64,000 nucleotides of DNA, from NCBI GenBank assembly GCA_040954595.2, contig CM082584.2, forward strand, positions 3,131,344 through 3,195,343, in the 5' to 3' direction. Every line of letters starts with the position of its first letter. Within the stretch, counting starts at the first letter, position 1. Shown piece after piece: positions 48,907 to 62,000 of this stretch. The DNA comes from Balanoglossus misakiensis (lineage: Eukaryota > Animalia > Hemichordata). The position numbers were made by a program, and so were the translations under genes. The notes under the pieces are model-generated. The model saw only the letters and a list, made by a program, of their open reading frames with translations. It ran no database searches and was not told the origin of the DNA.

Positions 48907-50834
48907 TTACCATATATTACACAAACACTAGTTTATGTCTACATTATACTATCTAATGTAACCTATAGGGTACATCAAAGTAAAAACACACTCTCTTATG
49001 TCTTTGTGTGTCTCCCTATCTCCTCCCTCCCAAACACACATACGCTACCAATCTTCAAGCACCATCCTTTTCAAGGCTACTAGGCTTGTTTGTGGAAATT
49101 GGCCCATTCATGAGCAGAACACATATGACCCTAAAAGTACCATTGAATATAACAAAGCCCTAAGCTGTCAACAAACAAACAAAAATGACCATTCTTGTAA
49201 ACAAACAAACAAACAAACATTTTTTTTCTGTTTATTATATCAATCAACAACAAAAAGCACACTCTACAAATGTGTGCTGGAATACACTGCACAGGTTGAT
49301 TACTAGTATAAGTTGATAGAAAACAAATACTTTTATATTAAATTATCATTTTGCTAAACAGGCTGACCCGGGCATAAATTATGGGTGTTTATCTAGAAAC
49401 CGTAAAGAAATAACAGTTGCAGGCGAGTCAAAGATGCAACGTATGTATGTACGCATACGTCAGTTCAATCTCAGCCATATCGTGACCGTCGCGTCGCGTC
49501 GCCGAACGAAAGTGCAAGGCAACAGATACTTTACTTCCTGTGTTTTCACCGACTGAAAGCAATGAAACTTCCTTCCTACGGTATGATAATACAAATTTTG
49601 TTCAAAATAGTGGACTGTGCTATATAAACAATGTCAAACAAAAATGTAAACGATGTCTCGAAAAGCGATAACTACCAGGACAGCCGAAGAAGTACGTAGG
49701 CTGTGTACGGGGACTGGCTCCGGCCACTGCAGCCGGTATACAAGCCAAGGCTGCTCGATATGGAAAGTAAACATTCCCTGCGGTGTATCGTTGTAGTAAC
49801 GCTATCGCCAACTAACACACGAAAACATGAACAATAATCCTGAAATACTATTAATGACACCGTACTTATCTGTTTTTGCACCGATGTTGGTCGCCGATGT
49901 TGGGTATGCAGTGCCCGCGTGACACCTTCTTACACGGACAGCTCCGCACACAAGCTCCCTTACACTTATAGACACAGACTGTAACTTCCCCGCAGTCAAT
50001 AACACTTAAAAATCCTGCTTCGATTTCGCTAAAAATAGATATTGCGGACTGTCGCCCACGGTGTTTTGTTGTTGTTGGTCCATAGCGGTGTTTAAAAATG
50101 GCGCCTTAGCAACGATCAGTCAGACAGCCGTTCACATATGTCACGCCTCTTTTACCATATATAGAATATGCAAATTGCAGGTGACCGTATACCTTTAAGC
50201 TATGAAGCTATGTGCACGTCTGTGCAATGGTCCTTTACAGTGACTGTCTATTGGCCCGTGAGCAGAATGGGACCAACATAAAAGGCAAAATGTTGGGCTC
50301 ACCTGTAATACCTGCTTAACTCATTAATTATGTGCATACCTAATTCCGGGCTAACTAATAGGGCTAGAGGTTTTGTTCTTGTGGAACATGGACCAGTATA
50401 GGGTCAAAAATTTGCCCAAATTTTGGGTGACCTCAGGTGACCTTTGACCTACTTTCCTATATCTTGGCATCCAGAAAGGTACAGCATTTGTGTTTGGAGG
50501 GATGGGACTCTTAATGTAGTCTTACACTTTACATCATTAATTATGCGCATACCTAATTTCAGGCAAATCAATAGGGCTAGGTCTGGTTTCTGTTGGACCT
50601 GGACTAGTATGGGGGTCAAAACTTTTTGCCCAATTTCCGGGTTGACCCCACATGACCTTTGACGTTAATATGACATAAATGCGAATTACTACATAAATTA
50701 ACAGTCTGCTGACTTTGGCGAAGATAAGCACACACCTGTTTTGCTTACCGCTATGTTGCTATGTGCTCTTTTGGCTTTGGCCCGCTATTGCTGCTTGGTT
50801 TTACTGGGGGTTTTCTTCTACTTCTTCTTCTTCT

Positions 50835-51945
50835 ATATTGGATTGACGTTAAGAAGGAGAGCTCCTGAATTGTGGCATTTTTTCTCCATAGTGGACGTTG
50901 TTCCTGGGAAAGTTTGACATTTTCTGGACTGTGAGTGTCTTCTGTTTCTCCGGTTGTGCCTTTTGGGACCTTTTCTACGAGGATTGTTGTGATTTCGGCA
51001 GATAACTGATTTGGTGCTTGTCACCAATCAGACCTGCCAATATGGCGGTCGGACGGGCTTGGGCTCAGTCCTACAGCAACGACGTTACCCTGACAAGGCT
51101 GTGTATGAAAAACGCGTTGAAGATTGAAAGTCTGGAGGGGATAAGTGTGAACACCTATGTGGAGAAGATTGCGAATTGGTTGATGTTAGTGAAATTCTGG
51201 CTGCCTCCAGAATGAATAGATCTGCGATCGTGTTTTTAAAAAAATGTGAAATCGGTTGAAACGGCTTGCGCCTCAGGACTAACGATTGGCGAAGATTTTA
51301 TACGGCCCCAACCGATGGTGAAACCAGCGACAAAGGTAATCCTATCCAATGTGCCACCATTTATACCCAACGATTTTCTTGCCGAGTTATATGGAAAGGT
51401 TATTAAGCAGAATTTCCGGTATATTCCGCTGGGTTGCATAAAGGCCGAACTCAGATATGTCAAGTCATTCCGACGCCAGATGTTTGTGGTACTTAAACAA
51501 CAAACCAATATCGATGGCGTTTTGAATATTCCTTGTGACGGACATTTTTAACCAGTGTACGTGTCAACGGAGAACACCAAGTGCTTCCACTATAAAGAGG
51601 TCGGACATTTCCGGAAAGACTGCCCTGTTCTTGCCAGCGAAAAGGAGACCACAGGACTTAACACTGAGGACGTTAACACACATACGGATCACCAACAGGG
51701 ACAAAATATTGAGAAAAACACCACTTCAATTGAAAACACCAGCGATTCTCTACCGGTACATTCCGGTCAATATGGTGATTACGATGCTTCAAATATGTGA
51801 TGGGGAGGAGTGTAGTGATTCTGCAAGGTTGCCCTCATTCAGCTCATCACCATGGCAACATAGCTACCCCAGCAGTCCTCGAGGCGGAAATCGACTGCGG
51901 ATGGACCAGCAGCGTAGTTTGGGGCTGCAGATCATGTACACGTAG
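50835..51945 (+). mobile_element. Tx1-clade non-LTR retrotransposon 5' fragment (5'UTR + degenerate ORF1)
   Basis: Frameshifted ORF1 from ATG ~51042: ILAASRMN...VFLK, KVILSNVPPFIPN, IPLGC...L.YVKSFRRQMF, degenerate zinc knuckle KCFHYKEVGHFRKDCP. No ORF2 seen. Confidence 0.82.
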
Positions 51946-52966
51946 TCAAGTTTGAGCCCGTAGTTTAGGTCAGTCAGGACTCGGTTAAATCACAACAATC
52001 ATATGGAAATTGTTTGCCTTCGCAGATGGTTTGTTTCCATTTTCACATTTAGCGACTTTGGGACGAAGATCCTCTTTTTTGAAACTGCATGAAATTACAC
52101 TCACTTTGTTTTTGAACCGCCTTGTTTGGTGTTGGCGGTTCTTATCGCTGGGTTGTTGACACTTCCAGTTTGTAAATGGGATGAAGAGTCGTCGGGTGCG
52201 GAATTGATTAGGTTGTCGCTAACTGTCGGCCAGTAAATAAACGACACATCGTTGACTCAATCTTTTGTAGTGTTTCGCTGAATCAGAACTTCATAGTTCA
52301 AATCACGTGGAGAAATTGGTGCTACCGTTCAAAAAAGAGAAAGGTACAAACGCACTTGAAATAAAAACAAAACAGGAGAAATGTGGAAATATTACATAGG
52401 AAGGTCAAAAGTTCTACTCGACTTTATACTGTTTTTATCTAAAGTTGAGGGTGTACGCGCAGAACATAAACCGGAAAACTGCGTGCACTCATCTTTTTCC
52501 CATAGGATTACATTGATAATTGCTAGAAAACAAACCAGCGAGGTGACCCCTATATTTTATCACGAATTTTCATAATACAAACACAGGATAATCCAAAAAT
52601 CAAAAATTAAAAGAAATGAACATTTTTTTTCAATTTGACAAAAGTATAATCCATAAGATGACACTCGAATGTGATCAATATCCGTGCATTCTTCTTAACA
52701 ACATATTAATACTGTTCCCGTTAAGTCAATATGTTTGGTAAAAACAGATCAACTTTACGTAATGTTGGAGACTTGATAAACATGATACTTTTCTGCCAGT
52801 AAATCATAACGTACTTTATTGAGACTGCGCACTAGAAAGGAACAACGTCTGCAAACCGGGAGGAGAAGAGAAGCAAAATTCAATGAAGTCTTACAGAAGT
52901 AGATACGCAAATAAAGCGGGAAATTTTCGACACCCTGTTAAAGACTGTCTTCACACTCAAGCGCGT

Positions 52967-54355
52967 TTACCAGGAATATAGTACGCGTTGCATTACGACG
53001 GAAGACATCATGCGATTGTTAAGATGATATGGCTTGCAGTACTCGTAGTGTTTATCGCCAACATTACGGGCATAGCAGTATTCAACAGGGCTTGAATATG
53101 TCACAGTGGTGCCTTCAGGATGCCCCCAGTGAAATCCAGCGACAAGACGGGTCGGACACGTCTATGATTATGAAGAACATAAAGAAATAAACAGTATGTT
53201 TGTGTGTATGTACATGTATGTTGATTGCATTGCTCTGCCAAATGGTTGTTAAAAATCACATATACATGTAGTAATAAATAACGACAAAAATTAGGAATTT
53301 TTTACCTACGGTGTTTGTTTCATATGCAATTTTAAGAATGTCATCCTCATAATAGTCATACTTGCACTCCGAACACTCGTCTTCCCATTCATCATCTACG
53401 TCATTTATGAAATCTCCCTGAAATTAGAGAGATTTCCATGTTCTTCACTGAAAATTTTAAAATAAAATAGTGGCAAATAATACGTCAGATAGACACAGGG
53501 ACGGGTGGGGCTGGTAGGCAGGAAGGAAGCAAGAATCAGACAAGGGTCCAGGCAGGCACAAGGCAGAGATTGAAATGATTGAGCGATAGAAACAACACGA
53601 ACAATCACTGTGGGGATATCTACCTGTAGGATAAAACACGCTTCGAAATAGGCGTGTTGGAAGTAGGACGTGATGTTTATTTGAATTGAACTGACTTTGA
53701 CACGTTAATTTTTTCATGGTAATAAAGATACATGCACTTTCTCAGCATCCGCACCCGTTCTGGTTGTAGTTAAAAAGCGTTGAGCGAGTACGCAAACTTC
53801 CACTGAAAAATATTGAAGCGCTTTCTACATTCAAAGATACGCAATTACAGGCAAATACAGACCAAAGATACGTAAATACCGGCAAATACAGACCAAAGAT
53901 ACGCAAATACAGGCGAATACAGACCAAAGATACGCAAATCCAGGCAAATACAGACCAAAGATACGCAAATACAGGCAAATACAGACAAAGATACGCAAAT
54001 ACAGGCAAATACAGATAAAGATACGCAACTACAGACAAAAGATACGCAAATACAGGCGAATACAGACCAGATCGATCCTGTCTATATGGTTCACATCCAC
54101 AACCATCACCCTGAAGGTATTTGTTGGCCCAACGTATGGACCGGTATCACAGTAGCTTTGGACGCTCTTCCAGGGGGATTTGTTTTCGATTAAGGAAGGC
54201 AACTCCATCAGCTCGTCAAAACACTCCACCTCATTTGTGACAAACGAATTATATAGGAAACCATCGTATGCTCTTGAACTGGATAGTGTGCAGTTCGTTT
54301 CTTTAGCGTAAACATTGGTGACCAGAAGCGCAAATGTGAAACCGAAAGCTTTCAT
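52967..54355 (-). CDS. Possible spliced gene for a small secreted Cys-containing protein (may be disrupted)
   Basis: Signal-peptide-like MKAFGFTFALLVTNVYA|KET in an ORF from 54355 to ~54070; candidate further exons ~53310-53418 (DFINDVDDEWEDECSECKY) and ~52967-53161. The exon-1 3' end runs into a minisatellite. Confidence 0.35.
53833..54068. repeat. 30-31-bp minisatellite (~7.5 copies, 10-bp sub-period)
   Basis: aaagatacgcaaatacaggcaaatacagac(c) repeated. Confidence 0.92.
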
Positions 54356-56438
54356 TGTACTTGGTTCTTCAAGCACAATTCGTCCTAGAATGAAAAAGGA
54401 TCGAACATATATTTCTTCAGATTCCCACAGTTATATTTACGTTTGCAAACACTTTCATACCGAGTGGAATGTAAACCAAAGAATATACGACAATACCAGT
54501 AAACGTTTCACTGGGTATATTTATTCATGATATCAAAAAATTTTGCAATTCTGTTGGACATTTGTTCAAGTGGCGTGAAGTTATATGTGGAACGAAGTTC
54601 ATCAACGGACACCGGACGGTCAACAAACGGACATCTATACAGCTAAAGATTGTCACACCTGTGGCAGGATTTGACTGTAACGGGTCTGTCACAGGTCTGA
54701 TGCAGCTCTGGCCGCGGGCATGTACGGTGCATGTCTGACATGCAAGCCATGCACCAGACCTGATTTGTTAGATCTGCACCAGGTCTTTCCTGACAGACCT
54801 GCCACAGGTCTGACCCGCCAGTCCAGCACTAGGTCCGATGGATCAGACCTGCACCAGGTCCGATCCAGCAGAATGCTACAGATCTGTGTCCATATCGATG
54901 CACGTGACCTGTTGGTCAGACATGCACCATGTCTGATGCAGACCTGTGGACCTTTTTTGTGTAGCAGACAGAGACGGTTAAGACAGTCAAGTACTGACAT
55001 GGCACCCCGGTGTGCCCGTTGTACACCTTGTCTAATTGAAGTAGAAACGCATGTCACAGATTGTTTTATACAATTTAACCCTGAATGCGGCCTAAAGGAG
55101 ATATATAATGAGCAGAAGGTAGACAAGGATAATGCGTGAAATGGCAATACGGAAATATTTTGCTTTGCTCGCTTCCAACGGCGCAGGTTTTACCCTTTTC
55201 GTCTGATTTCTATTTTAAAGTTCAACGAGGCACGTTGGCGCCACTTCACCATCTCTCAGAATAAAAAGCCATTTAATACACCAAGACGGGAAATGGAACA
55301 CTTCGCTCCTTCGGCGGAAAAAAATATACGTTTGTCAGAGGCCCTGGGTCTCTAGTAAGTGGAAATTGGAATCATACCGATGCACATACATTGAATGAAG
55401 TTCAATCGGATTTTATAAAATGAACAAACACAGCCATTTCTATAATATTCGATGTATGCACGCTATCCGCCAAACCTGTTCATTATCAACCGCATGAACA
55501 GCGGACCCAATCGTCCTCTTGGTCGCTTTCCCAAATACTCTACCTTCGACGACGCTATACTGGACCATTCAGTGGTAATTTTCTCTCATATATTGCACAA
55601 GGCAAATTCAGGATATTCGCTCTTAACAATGAGATAAAAATTGGATATTGGGTAAAGTTGTTATCGTCATGGTTACCTGTCCACTGACGCACGCGTCATG
55701 GTCGCAACGTCAAAATGCGGACGTTTCGCAAGGGCAAATGTTCTAGACTTAGCTGATTTTCACTGTCATGAATTGAAATATGTTTAACTATGAATTCTGT
55801 ACATAAAATACAACACCATTTATTCGACTACCAGAGAAATTGTGCGCACAATGTACAAAGCTTGGAAAAATATACTGCCAGTCCCTCAGTCTGATTAACA
55901 GATCGCAGCAGGTAAAATATTTGAGGAATTTTCAAGCCTGTACTTAGGGACCGGTCAGTTTTTACGACGGGGGCGGGAAGTTTGTGTCATACGGATCTAG
56001 TTTTGTGTTTATTGCGCGAGATTCGAAAGTTGTCGTTGCTACGTTCGGAATTAAATTTTTCAGGTGCGGTGTCAGTGACTAGTGCGCCGCTACCGAATCC
56101 CATCCTCTTCCATAATCGCTGCATGTTGTAGAGCTTTATTTGGAAATATGAATAGTAAAATTGATGATTTGATCTGATTAATCTGTCGTCGATCGTCGCA
56201 AAGAAAAACTAATGTTTTGCTCGCGCTCGGCTGTGTGAGTTCGAGCGCGTCTATATCTCACGTGCAATAGAATGTAAACAACTGACATCGTGCATATCAA
56301 TCCGCAAGAACTGGAGGAATACGGCTCCATGCTACGCGATTGATCATTTCAAAACAATAGATAAAAGCGTAATGTTAACATTCCAAAATATTACAGAATG
56401 TGTATTTTATTAATTTCTTGTTGTGCATATGATAAAAC

Positions 56439-56515
56439 CTTTACGGCCCTGATACGGGTTTTGCGGCTTCCGCCGTACGACCTCGGGCCGCAAAACCCGT
56501 ATCAGGGCCGTAAAG
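56439..56515 (-). repeat. Long hairpin, probably a truncated hairpin-headed element in reverse orientation
   Basis: ctttacggccctgatacgggttttgcggc / gccgcaaaacccgtatcagggccgtaaag, preceded by tgcatatgataa. Confidence 0.6.
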
Positions 56516-58261
56516 ATTAGATTCCACGTTCGCGTTAGACGTTCACGTGGAAAAGAGTTTGGCTTCACGTCAACGTCTGTTTGTGTGGCACGCGCACTCT
56601 GTATTCGAATTTTGAGCGTGTACATCGCACTGCAAGTACGGATTCAACCGTCCGGCGACCATACAAATTGATGACAAAATTTCACATAAAATGACTAAAA
56701 AGAAATAAATGCATTTTCGTTTGTCACAATGAGATATCAAGCTAACAAGGCATACACATATTTCGTAGATAATATGATTTTTGTTGCCCAAAATGAGAAT
56801 AACTTTTCACGTTTGCAACTAACGTGGAAACACCTATCTCCACGTAAAAAACGCGAAGTCTTTTACGTGAACGTCATACTTTACACTAAACTTGATGACG
56901 TCATAACAGAAATTCGTGACGTTGCGCGTTCACGAACCTCTCAATTTAATTCATATCCGCCTGTAAACAGAAGCTATGCAGTTTTTAGAAGATGTTCTTT
57001 TCTCTCTTTTTTGTTCTGCTGTGTAAGGTACAGTAACTGTTGCTCATCACTGAATAACGTTGAACTACCCGCGATGAGAGTTTGTCAACTCGTTAGCTAA
57101 TATGCATGTAATGTGCATTTGTTGTTGTTGAAAATGGTGTATAATATGCATTACTCGACATATGCAATGATACAATGATTAGAAGCAACGTGCAGCTGAA
57201 TTTTGCAGACTGTATGCATTCTTAGTAGAAGTCCTACTTTAATGGGTAGTGTTCATTTCACACAGTTTTGTTTTGAAAGGATTTTACAGCAAGAAGCGGC
57301 AAAGGGGACTCAGATATCAACAGGTCAATGCAATTTGTAAAAATTCATAATAACAAATACAGTGGTAGATATACATACAACATACAGTTGGTGGTCACAT
57401 GATGTGGTTTATTCAATGGTTTTGTATATCAAGTCTTGTCTCAAAATGATTGATCGCTCTGACATTACCATCTGACTGAAATAGCAAAGTGATCGATATC
57501 AGTGAGAGTGCAGTGGCATAATTCAGTTCCAAAATGAGCCTTTCTGTGGGGCTTGACAATCTAGCACTACGTCAGAAGGGGAGAGTATATACTGCAACAA
57601 ACATTGCCAAACTAAATGTATATTAATGATAATGATATCAATGTAAATCGCTTAATGTCAACAAGCACACGCGTTGCGTTTTTTTCTTTCTTTTCTTTCA
57701 TCTAACTCCAAATCACATTAAAGCTGCGAGCAGCGTTGACGGGGCCCAAGCAAATGTTGAACACGTATTTCCTAGCCATGAGGGCCAGTACAAGGTATGG
57801 TTGAGGTTGTAGGCCAAGGGCAATAGCATAGGATTTTGGTAAGGCACAGTCACAAAGGCTGGAAAAGGCTGCTGTGGCCTGAGTATAGGCGAGGCTGTAG
57901 ATGTTTGATAAGAAACGCATCCTAATGTGTGAAACAGATTGAGGTGACGTGAGTCTCTGAACTCATGTTGGTGACGTGACTGGTTTAAATCTTTCTGCTA
58001 TTTTTCTAGGGATTCATAGTTGACTGTATGTTTTTATCACGTGAAGGATTCTGGGGATTAGCCTGATGTATATTATAAAGACTAATGTGACATGGTTGTA
58101 GATTGAAATGTGAATGCGGTGTGTGCCCTAGATGCTTGGAGGAGGCAAAGCAATGGGGGGGGGGGTCACTTGAGGTCACTGAAAGTTTCTGCAAAGAAGT
58201 GAGTGTGCATGGGCGTTACGGAGTTGTTGGCAAGGGCCTGGTCAGCAAACGTGCAGTTGGA

Positions 58262-58820
58262 GTAGAGACATTTAAACGGCAACGAAGCCTGATCTCTGAT
58301 TATTTCCGGTCCCATACTCGTTTTGTGCAAAAAATCAATGGTCTGCTTACGTGTATTTCAGCCGATTTCCCAAGCAGTACTACCCACTAGTGACTACCAT
58401 GCTATAATGAGACCTCGCACAACATTAGCTACGTACTGAGGATCAAAGTCCGCTGCCGCAGTGTTGACCCGTGTACCCGGGTCTGGGGTAGAAACATTTG
58501 AACGGCAGCAACAAACAAAGTGAGCGTAATTCAACGCCCTATAGAAGCCTGATCTCTGATTATTTCTGGTCCCATTCTCCTCTCGTGAAAAAAATAACTG
58601 GTCTGTTAACATATTTCAGCCGATTTCCCAAGGAGTACTACCCACTAGTGACTACCGTGCTATAATGAGACCTCGCACAACATTAGCGAGTGAGGATCAA
58701 AGTCCGCTGCCGCAGTTTTAAACCGTGTAGCCGGGTCTGGATAGAAACATTTGAACGGCAACAGCAAACAAACTTAGCGTAATTCAATAAAACGCCCTAA
58801 AAAGCCTGATCTCTGATGTG
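58262..58820. repeat. Tandem repeat, ~259-bp unit, ~2 copies
   Basis: aagcctgatctctgat at ~58285, ~58545 and ~58802; agtactacccactagtgactacc occurs twice. Confidence 0.85.
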
Positions 58821-59050
58821 TTGTCCCAAAACTCATTTTGTGGAAAAAATCACTGAGGGCGCTTGGGCCCCTAAATAATTTCGGACAATTTCGAGTGCCA
58901 AGTAAAGGTCGTGCTTTGCTCCATTTGAGTGAGAAACGGTGAGATTATGAATACACGCAACCTTTCAACCCATAGCACCACACACGAAATATTGTGTAAA
59001 CCATATGATGTTCAAAGGTCAACTGGTGTCACAGAGACAGGACAGGAAGG

Positions 59051-62000
59051 ATGGCAGAAAATAGTGGGTAAGCAAGTGAATGCACTTTCCCATATGCCAT
59101 GCAGGTCTCGTATAAATATGTGTTATATCCTCGATTGTGATATTATGCTTTGATAGACCAAACCTGCACTATTTGAACAGAACACGTATTACAATTGCTA
59201 CGACATTTATGTACATGTATATACACCAAAGAGTGTGAACGACCAACAGTATATGCAAACAAAATCACCTGCGTACAGGAGCTGAAAAGTTAGTAAAATT
59301 CCTGTACAAGTCATTTGTCGTTCTCTGCATGTAGGCCTAACTGTAAATCACTGCAACGGCCAGATTGTGTCAGCTTTATTCCCAGTGGGTCTATTAGTGC
59401 CTAACGCCAATCTACCGAGATGTAGGTTGATAACACATGCACTTATCGCTAAGATCAAACATGTACACAATGGCCCTCGTCCGTCGTGTTCCTGACGATT
59501 TTATGTCTTCGACAAACACAAGAGTCGATAGATCATTTTTATGGGATAACTACAGGAAACGATCAATCTGAGATAACTCATGCGCAGGCCTGCAGTCATT
59601 TATAACTTTGCCACTAGTTCTAGCTCTAGATATCGCGTATTTTAATCAATGCAACAGAAAACTCGCAGGCAAGACTCTGTTCATCACTGGTGCAAGTCGT
59701 GGCATCGGTAAGGCCGTCGCCCTGAAAGCAGCGAGAGACGGCGCCAATGTTGTCATAGCAGCCAAGACTGATCTACGGCACCCGAAGTTACCGGGTACCA
59801 TCTACACAGCAGCCAAGGAAAGTAAGGAAGTGTCTTTAATTCTCACATAAAACTTTATCGGAATATTCAAAATCTTGATTAAATGTTGTCACTGTTATTA
59901 TTATTTTTTGACACAGTTGAGGATGCGGGGGGTAAGTGTCTTCCCTGCGTGGTTGATGTTCGCAACGAATCTCAAATCCAGGCTGCCGTCGACGCGGCAG
60001 TTGAGAAGTTTGGTGGCATCGACATTTTGATCAACAATGCAAGTGCCATCAATACAACGGGTACTCTTGACACAGACATGAAGAGATATGATCTGATGAT
60101 GAATATTAATACAAGAGGCACTTTTCTGACGTAAGTGCAGATTTAACGAGATTTGAGTTGCCATGGTTACAGTGTGGTTGTGCTTCATCTCAATAAATTG
60201 TAACAGGCGAGAGATTACCATACTTTCCTTCGGGAATAGAGAGCTGGATTTGGGCGTGCATTATTTTCCTGTTTGGAATGGGAAAATTGTGATAGCAAGG
60301 CGAAGATCTATCGTCATTCTTACTAAACCATATTTGACAATTACGTGATGGTAAATATTATGACAGAACTTCATGACCTCTGCGCGCGATCTGTGCAATA
60401 TGGATTTTATTTTCATGAGTGAGAAGGTGTATTCTTCCGAGTATTTTTACGAGCGACAGCGAGTAAAAATGCAGAAGAATACACCTTCTCACGAGTGAAA
60501 ATAACATCCATATTGCACAGATCGCGCGCAGTGGTCATGAAGTTCTGTTATTATTGCATATGTTTCCCCAGATTTGACGAAAATCAAAGTTTCGATCGTG
60601 GCGTATTGATTTTCATTACAGTGATGCGCCAAAGGCTATGCAACCCAGAGAAGGCCGCTCATTGGCCAAAATGACGCAACCTTTGTTATGCAAAGAAGGG
60701 TCATGTGGGGTCATTCCATCAGTGGGTTACCTGAGGTCGTGAGATCGCAGCGATAAATTTCGAAACACTGGCGATAGCGAGAAATTTCCGTAATTTTCGA
60801 GGTTCCAAAACACACTGACAACTAAATGTTCTGTTATTCTGACGATAGTTGGGAAGGATAATAAAAGAACGTGCCAGAATGTTGAAAAATCCGCATGTTT
60901 CGGCGATCATGTTGGCTCATTTCATCGGTGGTTTAGCTCAGGTCGCAAGATAGCATCGGCAATATTTGAGAAACTGGCGATAGCGAGGGATTTTCCGAGG
61001 TTCCCAAACATACTGCCAAATAATGTTTTGTTATTCTGACAAAATTTGGGAAGGATAAGACAATGGCGTCTCCGAATGTTGAAAATTCCCCACGTTTCGG
61101 AGATCATACTCCAGCTCTGCCGACGGCGTTCAATGTTTACAAACAAAACGTTTTTACTCATTTGCATATGGGTTGTGAAAAATACCACTTTGTCACGCGC
61201 ACAACTAAAACAACAATCGGCTTTTTTGCGACTGAAATAAAACTTTTGTTATATCCTCCGGAGGTTTATATGAACTCCAAGTGATTGTGTAACAGAACGA
61301 GGGTTAAACTTTGAAAGATACGATGGATTGAAGGGGAAATGGGGGATCTTATTCTACTGGATGCTCATTTGCATATGAGCTCGCAAAAATACCAGAATTA
61401 TTATTGCACGGGCCGCTTGGAATACTGTAGTACATATGCAATAATACCTTTTATGCATGTAATGCTGTTTTTCATTGCAAATGAAAATGAAAACTCAAGC
61501 TGTAAATATTCCCGTTTATTTGTCCCACAGATCTAAGTTGTGCCTCCCTCATTTGAAGAAATCAAAGAATCCTCATATTTTGAATATGAGCCCACCGCTG
61601 AACATGAATGCCAAATGGTTTTCCAACCATGTAGGTAAGCATTCTTATTTTGATCAGGCGATAATTATAATTATTTTAATGAAACTCTTTTCTACCCATA
61701 AATGAACTAAATTCTTAATTTATACAAAAATAACAACAGTAATTCGCAGTTATCGGCAGTAAAATCCAATCGGAATGTATTGATATGTAACCTGAAAACC
61801 TGGTGTACACGTACATATACTTTGCGTATCTGCAGAATGGAGAATTACAGAATTTCTTTTCCATTCATCTTCCAGCTTACACCATGGCCAAGTATGGAAT
61901 GTCAATGTGTGTTCTAGGAATGGCGGAAGAATTCAAATCTGACGGCATAGCGGTCAACGCCTTGTGGCCACTTACAAGTGAGACTTTACATGTATAGATG

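Larger units (their letters stand above)
42216..50194. mobile_element. Kolobok-superfamily DNA transposon, decayed, left terminus not found
   Basis: Convergent DDD/E transposase (+) and KolX-like ORF (-); candidate right end ...GGTGACCGTATACCT|TTAA (50194; TTAA 50195-50198). Confidence 0.8.

Noticed and set aside
53742-54038. Repetitive hydrophobic ORFs (YLPVFAYLW repeats)
   Set aside because: They are translations of the 31-bp minisatellite.
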